From IMG/VR virus record IMGVR_UViG_2926488731_000001, positions 1,766 through 65,765 of that record: 64,000 bases of DNA, one strand, 5' to 3'. The stretch is from a virus. Lineage: Duplodnaviria; Caudoviricetes. A program made the translations under genes and the position numbers. The notes beneath the pieces are model-generated. The model was not told where the DNA came from, searched no databases, and saw only the letters and a list, made by a program, of their open reading frames with translations. Below are positions 1 to 9,092 of this stretch, piece after piece. The stretch's first letter is position 1. The number at the start of each line of letters is the position of its first letter.

Positions 1-1017
1 TTTCGCCAAACCGGAAACAATCGCTTGGGCACACTTGCGCCGATAACTGTCCGACTTCAATAACGCTAATTCTGCCGGATTATCCATAAAGCCACATTCG
101 ACTAGAATTGCGTCCATTTTCGTCTCGCGGAGCACGTGGAAATTGGCCACCTTTACGCCTCGATCACGAAGTCCGGTCGAAGCTATTAGCGCAGCCTGCA
201 CCTTCGTCGCGAGGGCGACAGCGCCCGCTGGCTTAGACGTATATACATAAGTCTCGATGCCGTTCGCATTGCTCCACGCAGAGCCTACCGCATTAGCGTG
301 AATAGATACGAAGGCATCGGCGCCCCATCGGTTTGCTTTGTCCGTTCGTTCTTTTAGTGGGATATCGCGAATGCCTGAAGGGTCATGTGTAATTTCGACG
401 AGCACGCCTTGATATGTCCGAAGTTCTTCGACTACATATTTTGCCACAACGCTATTAAAATGAAACTCTCGCATACTATCGTCTGGCGCACGTTTTCCCG
501 GAGTATTATTACCGTGTCCTGCATCGATTGCTATACGCAAATCTAAATCGACTCCTTTCGTATTAACATCATATTTCGTTAGATTATTCGTTTCTATTAC
601 GCCTATCAACTTTTCGGCGTACTTAGGATCAGTCGCATAGCCAGCGTTTTTAACTGCCCACGCTGCCTTTCGATAATCCTTTTCGCCAACAACCGCCCTG
701 TACAAGTCCTTATTCCATGACACACCGTTTACGTATTTGTCGGTCAGGTCACGAATTGATTCAAGCCATGACGGGTACTTACGGAAGGCGGCGTTTACCT
801 TGATTTCTTTTCCGTTCACGAATTCCGAAGTAATAATCATAACGGATTGCCCTTTGTATTCGCCTTTTATACCAAATAGATTCTTTCCTTTTTGCGCTAA
901 TTCCGATGTCCCCCAAGCCGACTCAAGTACGGCCTGTGCGAGTATTAGTGACGCTAGGACATCCGACTCCGCCGCTGCTTTCCGTGCGTGAGGGGCGATC
1001 TCTTCGATGAAACTCAT
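1..1017 (-). CDS. Endolysin with N-terminal GH73 glucosaminidase and C-terminal Amidase_3 domain; 3' end runs off the window
   Basis: Absent from the ORF track; translated by hand from ATG 1017: MSFIEEIAPHA...AQAVLESAWGTSELAQKGKNLFGIKG...YATDPKYAEKL (GH73), then in frame IAIDAGHG...FVSIHANA...ILVECGFMDN (Amidase_3 Zn ligands); follows the holins. Confidence 0.92.
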   Translation of the reverse strand, partial: MSFIEEIAPHARKAAAESDVLASLILAQAVLESAWGTSELAQKGKNLFGIKGEYKGQSVMIITSEFVNGKEIKVNAAFRKYPSWLESIRDLTDKYVNGVSWNKDLYRAVVGEKDYRKAAWAVKNAGYATDPKYAEKLIGVIETNNLTKYDVNTKGVDLDLRIAIDAGHGNNTPGKRAPDDSMREFHFNSVVAKYVVEELRTYQGVLVEITHDPSGIRDIPLKERTDKANRWGADAFVSIHANAVGSAWSNANGIETYVYTSKPAGAVALATKVQAALIASTGLRDRGVKVANFHVLRETKMDAILVECGFMDNPAELALLKSDSYRRKCAQAIVSGLAK

Positions 1018-1262
1018 TATTTAGAACCGTCCTTAGTCGTTACATTCTTGCCGAAACTATATAGGCCACTCGCAGCGAGTCCCATAGCAAGGCCGATAAT
1101 CAGGCCGTCTTTTAGGCCGTCGGCTACGTAAAATATGCCGAATAGTAAGCCGAACACAACCGCTACTATTGGCGAATATTTAGTCGGCAAGCCAAGCCGT
1201 TTGGCCAATTCGACCACGCCAAGAATTAATGGAATTAATGCGATATCGTAAATTTCGAACAT
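1017..1262 (-). CDS. Holin (small multi-TM protein)
   Basis: 81 aa with three hydrophobic segments and a basic C-terminus, directly upstream of the endolysin. Confidence 0.8.
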   Translation of the reverse strand: MFEIYDIALIPLILGVVELAKRLGLPTKYSPIVAVVFGLLFGIFYVADGLKDGLIIGLAMGLAASGLYSFGKNVTTKDGSK

Positions 1263-1292
1263 ATAAACGCCTCCTGTTTTTCCTATTTTGTT

Positions 1293-1493
1293 TTATTGCC
1301 GAGGGGGTAAACGATCTTTCATCTTTCGAATCTCTTCCGCAATGTCGTCGTACTTCGCTGTCATCGCTTCGAGTAGGTTTTGATAGCGTAATTCCCGCGC
1401 TTCGGACGACTTCATTTGGTGGATAAAAAGCCACACAAAAAGGACCGCAAAGGGTCCTTGTGTTAAGAAATATTGCATTACATCTTCCATCAT
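1293..1493 (-). CDS. BhlA/UviB-family holin-like peptide
   Basis: TQGPFAVLFVWL...REERY-like pattern, one TM plus coiled coil. Confidence 0.85.
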   Translation of the reverse strand: MMEDVMQYFLTQGPFAVLFVWLFIHQMKSSEARELRYQNLLEAMTAKYDDIAEEIRKMKDRLPPRQ

Positions 1494-1507
1494 TAACTCC
1501 TTTCGAA

Positions 1508-1537
1508 AAATAAAAATACGCCCTATTCGGCGTTTTC
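1508..1537 (-). terminator. Possible intrinsic terminator after the XkdX-like gene
   Basis: Hairpin acgcc-ctattc-ggcgt with an A-run on its left (U-tract on minus). Confidence 0.45.
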
Positions 1538-1663
1538 TTCTTCGTAAGTTTCACCTGTGATTTTTTTGAAATCTTCGGATGTGATTTCTTTGTACAGCAC
1601 AACTAGTCTAAGCTGATCAATAGAACACCATCCCCATCCGTAAGCTAGCTCCCAATAACTCAT
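1523..1663 (-). CDS. XkdX-family small tail-associated protein (46 aa)
   Basis: Hand translation MSYWELAYGWGWCSIDQLRLVVLYKEITSEDFKKITGETY; RBS ggggagg; typical ITxE..xxITG ending. Confidence 0.85.
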   Translation of the reverse strand: MSYWELAYGWGWCSIDQLRLVVLYKEITSEDFKKITGETYEEENAE

Positions 1664-1872
1664 TGTTTAGCCTCCCCTTTCAGTGCAAGAACCTCGATTT
1701 TTAATTGCGTAACTTCCTGCCCCAGTTGTGATAACATCGCATCTTTCTGAGCATTCTTTATTTTTTCTTCTGTCAAGGCAAAACCAAGCTGCTGTAGCTG
1801 TTTATCCTTGTCTTCTAACTCCTTTTCTTTCTCACGCAAAACTTGCAAAGGCGTTACGGTAATTGCTTTCAA
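1660..1872 (-). CDS. XkdW-like coiled-coil protein
   Basis: TTG start at 1872 after a GGGAGG RBS; LGQEVTQLKIEV motif; adjacent to XkdX. Confidence 0.7.
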   Translation of the reverse strand: MKAITVTPLQVLREKEKELEDKDKQLQQLGFALTEEKIKNAQKDAMLSQLGQEVTQLKIEVLALKGEAKQ

Positions 1873-1886
1873 TGTGATTCCCTCCC

Positions 1887-3989
1887 TTAATCGAACGAGA
1901 AGCCAAGCCCGCGCATCTCGATAGCTCCCAATGAATCGTTCGCCAAGAATGTAACACGAATATCTAACGCGTATTGCTGCGCTGTTTTTGTCGTATTGGA
2001 AAACGTGAAGTAATCCGCATTTTGATAGGCGGCTGTCGCATCCTCCCACATTGGATTAGTGTCCAATGCGTTATTTGTAACTTCGATTTTCATGGTCGCC
2101 TTGTTTATGCCATCTTGCGCCATGTAGTAGTCGGCAGCAATTAATATTCTTCGTGCTGCGGTATTACCTGTTTCAATTGGTCTTTTCAGCTTAAATTGCA
2201 ACGTATTTCCACAACGAATACACCTAGTGTTTGACCACTTGCCGCGGGCTTTGGTGTTGGCATCAATCGCAGCAAGGCGCCAGTAGTAAGTACGGCCTTC
2301 GTCTAAGTCCACTTGCAGAGTATAGCGAACGCCTTTACCCTCGTAACTATTGTCCACGCCTTCCTCCGGCAGATCATACCACTGAGAGCCATCGGACACT
2401 TGCCAGCCTTTTCGGTCATTCATGGATGACAATTCAAGCACGTGTTTCTCGAATTTTTCGTCCTGCGAAATCTGGATGATAAAGTGTTGAGGATCGTTTT
2501 CTTTATCCGATCCAATAAGTCCCTCGAAAGTCGGTCGCAAGCCCGTCCGATAGGTATTTGCTGGATTCGTAAGCGTTGGCGGCGTAGGTGTAGAGTTCGT
2601 CACAAAATACGCTTTTTCACTGTCCTTATCCAAGCCGAACGGATCCCATACCGTCACAACGGCATAATAAATAGTCCCTTCAGTCAATATGCCTTCGGGG
2701 ATTTTGTGCATATTTATTGTTTTCTCGATTCTTCCCGAATCATATATAAGGACATCTTTTGTGTCGTAAATTCTAAGCTGATATGCGGCCTGCGCTTGTT
2801 GATCTAAATCCTCGAACGTCCAGCTGAACTCTGGCGCTGTTCCCGTGCCTGCTGGTTCTTCAACGTTGGGGCTTCCTGGCATCACGTCCGTTACGTTTGG
2901 CGGTCGTTTTGGTAGAAAAAACTGATACGAAGAATATTCGCTCGCTAAGTCGTATTTGTCCCATACTCTTGCTTTCCATTTGTACCTCGTTGCCCACTTT
3001 AAGTCGGGAACAATATAGAAAGATTGAGAGGATGCTATTTTCCCGCTGTTGTGGGCTACTTTATTGGTAGCATTTTCTACAATAAAAACTTGATACGACG
3101 ATTGAGCGTCCCCTAGGTCGGTGTCTTCGAACCTCCAAACTAAGACTGGGTTGATTGTGTCAACGATGGCGATTTTAGCAAGGTCGCCTTTTGGTTCGAC
3201 TGGAACGGCTCTCGGCGGAACATTATTCATTACCGTATATTTAGAAGATACTATTGCTCGTGAGACGTAATTTAGCGTATTTTCTACCCATGCTCTAAAC
3301 TGAATCGACGTTGTGCCAGACGGAATAGTGTAACTATGGCTGCTTGAGCCGCTTGACGTATTCTTCGTTGCAACAGATGACCAACTGCCGCCATTTCTCT
3401 GTACTTCCAAGAAATGTTTTGTAATCTTATCTCCGGGATCGGATGCCCCAGACCAACTGACAGTTATAGTGTCTCCCACTCGTAAACCGCTTGTTTTCGA
3501 TAAAGTGATAGATGTTGGTGGATTTGGCCCTTCATACATATTACCTCTAACATACCAATAACCGTCAGTGTGTTTGCCGTCAGTTGGGTAAGCGTTGTAT
3601 TCAGCTAGAATGTTAGATTGTACCAAGCTTCCTCTTTCTTCTCTATATTTAGTATCGATATAGTTGACACTAAAATATATTCCATAAATATCACTGTTCC
3701 CTCTAAAAAATAAATAATCTCCTTGATCGCTATTACGGTCCGGTTCTCTCCAATTGTTACCAAACATATAATACATCCATGGAGTCTCTTGTAGGAGGTG
3801 TGATTCCTTTTCACCTCGCGCATGAAACTTTCCATTGTGTATTTCATATTTTTGCCATGAATCATATATTGGCCGTTGATCAATACTACCGCTGTCCAAA
3901 CTGGCATATTCTATATACGTTTCACCTTTAACTTTTTGATCATATCCAATCACTTTTGAGTCAATTCTATATTTATTATAATAATACAT
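1887..3989 (-). CDS. Tail fibre / receptor-binding protein with repeated FN3/Ig-like domains
   Basis: 700 aa; repeated P-F-W-F-D-D...Q-AYQ...SG-I units; located at the end of the tail module. Confidence 0.7.
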   Translation of the reverse strand: MYYYNKYRIDSKVIGYDQKVKGETYIEYASLDSGSIDQRPIYDSWQKYEIHNGKFHARGEKESHLLQETPWMYYMFGNNWREPDRNSDQGDYLFFRGNSDIYGIYFSVNYIDTKYREERGSLVQSNILAEYNAYPTDGKHTDGYWYVRGNMYEGPNPPTSITLSKTSGLRVGDTITVSWSGASDPGDKITKHFLEVQRNGGSWSSVATKNTSSGSSSHSYTIPSGTTSIQFRAWVENTLNYVSRAIVSSKYTVMNNVPPRAVPVEPKGDLAKIAIVDTINPVLVWRFEDTDLGDAQSSYQVFIVENATNKVAHNSGKIASSQSFYIVPDLKWATRYKWKARVWDKYDLASEYSSYQFFLPKRPPNVTDVMPGSPNVEEPAGTGTAPEFSWTFEDLDQQAQAAYQLRIYDTKDVLIYDSGRIEKTINMHKIPEGILTEGTIYYAVVTVWDPFGLDKDSEKAYFVTNSTPTPPTLTNPANTYRTGLRPTFEGLIGSDKENDPQHFIIQISQDEKFEKHVLELSSMNDRKGWQVSDGSQWYDLPEEGVDNSYEGKGVRYTLQVDLDEGRTYYWRLAAIDANTKARGKWSNTRCIRCGNTLQFKLKRPIETGNTAARRILIAADYYMAQDGINKATMKIEVTNNALDTNPMWEDATAAYQNADYFTFSNTTKTAQQYALDIRVTFLANDSLGAIEMRGLGFSFD

Positions 3990-4007
3990 AGCTATCTTAT
4001 TCCCTCC

Positions 4008-4391
4008 TTATCGTAAATAAATTTTTCTATCCTCTACATCGTGTGAGCCATGCGTCAAGTCGATATCCTCAAGTGAATCAAAATTCTCGACAAAGATGTT
4101 ACTTGTCAATCCACTTGTCACAGACGCTTTCAACAACAAAAATTCCAATCGAAGATTCTTCTGAACATGTGTCATGTCTTCGAGATAGGCAATGATGTTA
4201 TTTAATCTTAAATGTGCAAGCTGCGTTCCTTTTTCTAAGTTGTTCCCCCTACGAGCTGTCCATGGTGTACCCGGATGGGATAGGTCACCCTCAGGGTCAT
4301 CTATTTTATCTCGCCATTCGGTCGGGATATATTGGAATATCTCAGCTAACAAATCCGGCAATTCAATCCTTTCTTCCGCCAACGTTACCAA
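4008..4391 (-). CDS. Tail/baseplate-associated hypothetical protein
   Basis: W-D-I-D...GTPWTARRGNNLEKG pattern; operon position. Confidence 0.6.
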   Translation of the reverse strand: MVTLAEERIELPDLLAEIFQYIPTEWRDKIDDPEGDLSHPGTPWTARRGNNLEKGTQLAHLRLNNIIAYLEDMTHVQKNLRLEFLLLKASVTSGLTSNIFVENFDSLEDIDLTHGSHDVEDRKIYLR

Positions 4392-4692
4392 CCTCGCTTT
4401 CGTCTTTGATTTCGATCACAAGCTTAAATGAAATAATCCAGCCATCTTGGCCTTTTTCTAAGTTTGGTTCTTGGATTATTAGCTCACGTCCGTACTGATC
4501 AACTAGTACCGCACGTTCGATCAAGCCGCTAGGCTCGTCTTCGATATAGACGTATTTTTTTATGATGTTATCTCGGATGATAGTTTCGTAAATTTCATAT
4601 TCTTGTTCGATGCCGTTAATCGTTACTTTCGCTTTATTAAAATGACGATTTAGGTCTTGCTGAATAAGACTGGTTAATAAAGGTGTGATCAT
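4363..4692 (-). CDS. Baseplate-associated hypothetical protein
   Basis: ATG at 4692 with RBS GGGGAGG, overlapping the upstream stop. Confidence 0.6.
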   Translation of the reverse strand: MITPLLTSLIQQDLNRHFNKAKVTINGIEQEYEIYETIIRDNIIKKYVYIEDEPSGLIERAVLVDQYGRELIIQEPNLEKGQDGWIISFKLVIEIKDESEVGNVGGRKD

Positions 4693-5531
4693 GAAATCTC
4701 CTCCCCGCAATAAAAATCGCCACAAATCGGATATGTGACGTTAACGGTGTAGCTATTATCTTTTGTTATCGATCTGAAATGACTATTTTTAACTTGCGCT
4801 TGTGGCGGTTGCATTTCGCCACAGATCGGATATTCCACAGCAAAATCATAAGTTTGATCGATGCTGACTGTCTTTTCCTTTTTTAAACTGCTAACCTTCG
4901 TTTCGCTTACTTCGTATTCAACGCTGAAATCGTAAGAACCTTCTGTGACGCGCATTTCGTCTTCTTCTATAGAGACATGAGCTTCACTCGGTGGCATGTC
5001 ACCGCAAATTGGGTATTGGACGTGAAAGTCGTAGGTGTTGTCAATAAAACTTAATAAGATCGCATAAAACTCGCCAATAAAAATTGCTTCAAGGTGTGCT
5101 GGCTTTACTTCTGATAACGCATTTTTTATTTCAGCCAACCTATTAAGGCTTTCTATCGGCATTAGCACTTCAAACCAGTACTCTTCGTTATGTTCGATAA
5201 TTTGTCCGGTCTTATTTTCAACAAACAAATTTAAGATGTCGGTCATGTAGCGCACAGTCGCCGGGGCATTTCCGTTTAGCTTTGCCAAAATGCGTTCACG
5301 TCGAGCGTCTAGTGAGGCGTGTTTCATTGGCGGCAAGTCGAGTACGCGTTCCCAGTCGGAAAGTCCCCACGTTGCCGTTCTAACGAACATCTGATCGAGA
5401 GTGTCCCGCATCAATGCACGTATACGATCAATTTCGGCCGAGGCAATGTCCGTTAATGCGGTCAATTCGGGCGAATGATCGTAATATGGCGGCATGTATT
5501 CGTGCAAATTTCGCTTGGTTTGGCTTATCAT
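4689..5531 (-). CDS. YmfQ/DUF2313 baseplate wedge protein (XkdU-like) with C-terminal Cys repeats
   Basis: TATWGLSDWERVL...RRERILAK...KPAHL motifs. Confidence 0.85.
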   Translation of the reverse strand: MISQTKRNLHEYMPPYYDHSPELTALTDIASAEIDRIRALMRDTLDQMFVRTATWGLSDWERVLDLPPMKHASLDARRERILAKLNGNAPATVRYMTDILNLFVENKTGQIIEHNEEYWFEVLMPIESLNRLAEIKNALSEVKPAHLEAIFIGEFYAILLSFIDNTYDFHVQYPICGDMPPSEAHVSIEEDEMRVTEGSYDFSVEYEVSETKVSSLKKEKTVSIDQTYDFAVEYPICGEMQPPQAQVKNSHFRSITKDNSYTVNVTYPICGDFYCGEEIS

Positions 5532-6568
5532 ACGAAATCAACCTCGCCAACGACAGCAACGGAGTCAAGTGCTATCGGAATGTTTGCCGTTCCTCCGTTA
5601 ACTAATAAGTCTTCATAATCGATCACATGTTTCGTTTCGATGATCGCATTGGCAATTTTGGCATACCTAATAATCCGAGTTTCTTCTACTATATATGCAG
5701 TTATAGAATCGATAATATCTTGCTTGACATCGTCCGCTTTTAGGTCGCCCGCAAGCGTTAGTTTTGCCGAAATTGATAACGGTACTTCCGAGATACCTAC
5801 GACAGTAACTGTTGCGCCGATCGGCCGTTCCCGTTCGATATGCTCGGTTACGGCATCCATGACGACGGCGTCAGGCGCTTTTCCATCACGACCGATCACC
5901 ACAACTTTTACCGTGCCGGGACCGTCCCATATTGGAAAGACACGCGCTGCCGCAACGCCCTCGATGTCAGTTGCCCATTTTTCGTAGTGATACACGTTTC
6001 CGGACGTTATCGGCTTACGAACTTTAAACAAATAACGGCCGAGCAACTCCTCGTCGGTCTCTGCGTTCACACCACCGGCAAATTCAGTCTCATTCGCTAC
6101 GGCGTCGATGCCGCCCACGATTTGCTCATAGCCGACGATTTCTCCAATCCCGATATTACCTGCCGAGCCAGCTTCGACGGCCTCGACTGGCACGGACGCT
6201 TTACCATCGATAATCTTTGCGTTTTCGGTCGTTACAAAATATAAAGGCGTAGTATTGTTAGTAAATACTCGCAAGCCTTTAGGTATTTCGGCGCCGTTGC
6301 TGCCCGTGAAAACGACTTGCCCGACAGCCTTCGTTGCAGGCTTTCTTGTTATACCAAGTTCAGCCGTTCGTCGTTCGAGATATTCATGTTCAGACGTGTC
6401 GGCAAATCCGAGTAGACGCGTAGCATGGTTTTCCCATTCAAGCATTTCGACTTCGTAGGCTAGTGCTGCCGATACATCCCAGACGATCTCACCTTTTCGT
6501 TTACTAACGTCATCGCGAATGTTATTTAATAAGCTTTCTAAAATTTCCGACTGAGTCCGTACGCTCAC
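5528..6568 (-). CDS. Baseplate J / gp47 family protein (XkdT-like)
   Basis: GITRKPAT, AGSAGNI, GG..AETDEEL, SGNVYHYEKWA and GPGTVKV motifs. Confidence 0.93.
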   Translation of the reverse strand: MSVRTQSEILESLLNNIRDDVSKRKGEIVWDVSAALAYEVEMLEWENHATRLLGFADTSEHEYLERRTAELGITRKPATKAVGQVVFTGSNGAEIPKGLRVFTNNTTPLYFVTTENAKIIDGKASVPVEAVEAGSAGNIGIGEIVGYEQIVGGIDAVANETEFAGGVNAETDEELLGRYLFKVRKPITSGNVYHYEKWATDIEGVAAARVFPIWDGPGTVKVVVIGRDGKAPDAVVMDAVTEHIERERPIGATVTVVGISEVPLSISAKLTLAGDLKADDVKQDIIDSITAYIVEETRIIRYAKIANAIIETKHVIDYEDLLVNGGTANIPIALDSVAVVGEVDFV

Positions 6569-6996
6569 AAGACCACCCCCTCGTCAATATCACCGAAAAT
6601 GGAAATTACCGTGAATTGAATGAACACCGAATCATTTTTGCGTGTAACAACGATATTTGTAACGTCCTCGATTCGATCGTCGTACACAAGCGCCTCGCGA
6701 ACCATCCGAGGAATTTCCGACTGCAAATAACCATCTGTTACGTCCTCACCAAGTAGACCCGGAATCTCACAACCGTAATCGTCGTCGTAAATCAGATAAC
6801 GACTCCGCCTCGTAATAAGAGCTTTCCGAATGAATTGTTTCAGCGCTTCCATTTCGTCAACTACACCACTAATCCGACCTGTTTCGAAATCAAAACGATA
6901 GGCCAACGATGGTTCAGGCTTTGGTGCGTCCGCTAGTTCGACGTTGTCGATATAGTCATCCAGTGCTTTCGAGCTATGCTTCGGAGTCAGCGCCAT
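6565..6996 (-). CDS. DUF2634 / XkdS-like baseplate protein (gp25-like)
   Basis: EALKQFIRKAL-T-R-RYLIY...YGCE...EALVYDDRI. Confidence 0.88.
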   Translation of the reverse strand: MALTPKHSSKALDDYIDNVELADAPKPEPSLAYRFDFETGRISGVVDEMEALKQFIRKALITRRSRYLIYDDDYGCEIPGLLGEDVTDGYLQSEIPRMVREALVYDDRIEDVTNIVVTRKNDSVFIQFTVISIFGDIDEGVVL

Positions 6997-7430
6997 CAGT
7001 ACATCACCGCCCGATCTAGTACGACGAATTTCATTTGATCATCGAGACATACGACTGACACACGGTCGCCCGGCTTCAGGACGTCTTCAAATCGCAATAT
7101 TATGTTTTTATGTTCGTAAGTATCGGGTACGATAGCCGGTATGCCGTTGTCTATTCGATCGTCTTCTACGGTATTGTCGCCAAGATCACGTTCGGCTTCC
7201 TGCTCATGCATTAGCGTTACTACACGTTCGTGTCTCGTTAAATGCTCAAGTATTATTAAGTCATCCTTGTCAAGCTCAATAGGCGAACTGTCTAGCCGAA
7301 TTTTAATATCCGGAGGAGCCGAAACAACTACGCCAGTTTCGCAGTCAATCGGTTTATTTTCTCCATGCTTACGCATTAGCTGCACGATCTGCGAATACGG
7401 ACTACCTTCCACGCTTAGGTTTTTCTGCAT
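6996..7430 (-). CDS. DUF2577 / XkdR-like spike-associated protein
   Basis: GVVVSAPP-IKI...LKPGDRV...QxFVVLDR. Confidence 0.85.
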   Translation of the reverse strand: MQKNLSVEGSPYSQIVQLMRKHGENKPIDCETGVVVSAPPDIKIRLDSSPIELDKDDLIILEHLTRHERVVTLMHEQEAERDLGDNTVEDDRIDNGIPAIVPDTYEHKNIILRFEDVLKPGDRVSVVCLDDQMKFVVLDRAVMY

Positions 7431-8433
7431 CCTCGTCTACCTCCCCGTCAATTTCTGCTAAATCTAACGTTCGTGATAATTTCAAAGACATCGTATATAC
7501 GTTATTCGCTTCAAACTTATGGGAATCGTTTGAAACGAAAAAAGCACCCGAAAGTCCCGTAACACTGTCGCGTACTACTATAGATTCGCCCGATTTTATA
7601 CGGATGTCACCCAACGCACTTACGTCGAAATCCTGCTGCGTTTTGTTTAATTCCGCTAACAATTGCGTCGCTAACTGATTTAGCTTATTAGCGTCCTTGA
7701 CTTCGCCGTTATGTTCGTAATGCTGCATGATACCGTACTTTGCGATACCTGCATCGCTCTTCACAACCGCCGTTACCGCCGGTTTCTTCTCGTCACCACC
7801 GGTTAACTTTACTTGGGTACGGCGATCTTCGATTGATTCGGAAAAAGTCGCATTGGTTAAGTTTCGGCCACTTTCGATTACGATGCGAGTGTCCTTCGTT
7901 AATACTTCGATTAATTCGAGAGCACCTTCAGTGTTGCGCAACATAAAGCGTCGTCCGTTTTTCTTTCGTGTCTCCGTTAGCGCTAGGACTACGATATCGT
8001 AGAGCGTTTTTCCTCGTTGGATAAAACGTTTGAAAACATAACCCGTGTCAGCAATCTTTCCCGTTTTTATGCCGTATTTGGAGCACAATTCACTAAGGAT
8101 TTGCGATGCTTTTTTATTCGTAAATTTTACCGTGTCACTATTTTTAGATAAGTAGACGTTAGAATCATAAGCTGTTAAGGATTGTTCTCCCTTTTCATTT
8201 ATATCCGTTTGGAAAACGATACCTCGGAAAACCTCAGACTTTTCGTAAAGGACACGAATCTCCCCACCATTCTCAAAAGGGTACAGCTTCTTACGGCCAT
8301 CTTGTGTATTATTTAAAGAGACATTACAAGTGCGCGCTTCTTTTGCTATATCGCCGGAAATATTTACCGATTTAACTAAACCATCTAATGTATATATCTT
8401 CCCATTATGAAAATAAATTACACGCATAGTCAC
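7402..8433 (-). CDS. XkdQ/YqbQ-like baseplate hub protein
   Basis: FRGIVF, LTAYD..YL.KN, KYGIMQ motifs; synteny. Confidence 0.88.
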   Translation of the reverse strand: MTMRVIYFHNGKIYTLDGLVKSVNISGDIAKEARTCNVSLNNTQDGRKKLYPFENGGEIRVLYEKSEVFRGIVFQTDINEKGEQSLTAYDSNVYLSKNSDTVKFTNKKASQILSELCSKYGIKTGKIADTGYVFKRFIQRGKTLYDIVVLALTETRKKNGRRFMLRNTEGALELIEVLTKDTRIVIESGRNLTNATFSESIEDRRTQVKLTGGDEKKPAVTAVVKSDAGIAKYGIMQHYEHNGEVKDANKLNQLATQLLAELNKTQQDFDVSALGDIRIKSGESIVVRDSVTGLSGAFFVSNDSHKFEANNVYTMSLKLSRTLDLAEIDGEVDEDAEKPKRGR

Positions 8434-9092
8434 GGTATCACCAGCTTTTTATCAGGATAAATCAGATTCGGATTTGCTCCGATAACATCCTTATTAGCTT
8501 CATAAATTTTTCGCCAATCGTTGGCGTTCCCATAGACTTCCTTAGCAATTTTTGATAAGTTATCGCCCTTTTTTATTGTGTACGATTTATTAGCCGGTCC
8601 CGCCGAACCGTCGTTTACAACGGGCGGTCTTTGTTTTTCCGCTGGCTTCGTAGTTTCTTCGACTTTCGTTTTCAAGAAACGATATTCTTTAAGTGCAAGC
8701 GTATAATATATATCGCCAGCAGCGCCGGCGCGTTCGATCTCCCGCTCAAACTCTCGAATTGTGACAGCGTAGTTTATTTGTGTGCCGGTCACTAAAAAAC
8801 GGATAGGGCGCCGCGTATCTCGCCAACGTTCGATAATTGCTACAAATTCATTTGGTGATAAAAAGCCGGAGTATTCGCAGTAGCTCGCATTATATCGTGA
8901 TGGAAAAAAGGAATGAAAAGAAAATTCAGCTAGACCCCGTTCACCGATTACTGTAAATTCGCCAAGCTGTGCGACTTCGATGTCGGTGTTACTAAACGGG
9001 GTTTTCATTTCCAGTGTCGGAGGATTGACGGGCAGCCGAATTTTCTCCGCACCATTATTGAACGAAAGCCAAAATTCAATTCGATTGTTCAT
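8430..9092 (-). CDS. XkdP-like tail tube initiator with LysM domain
   Basis: LPVNP...SFFP...LKEYR; C-terminal YTIKKGDNLSKIAK...NPNLIYP LysM. Confidence 0.92.
   Translation of the reverse strand: MNNRIEFWLSFNNGAEKIRLPVNPPTLEMKTPFSNTDIEVAQLGEFTVIGERGLAEFSFHSFFPSRYNASYCEYSGFLSPNEFVAIIERWRDTRRPIRFLVTGTQINYAVTIREFEREIERAGAAGDIYYTLALKEYRFLKTKVEETTKPAEKQRPPVVNDGSAGPANKSYTIKKGDNLSKIAKEVYGNANDWRKIYEANKDVIGANPNLIYPDKKLVIP

Noticed and set aside
1887-3989. Diversity-generating retroelement target
   Set aside because: No reverse transcriptase and no template/variable repeat pair seen in the window
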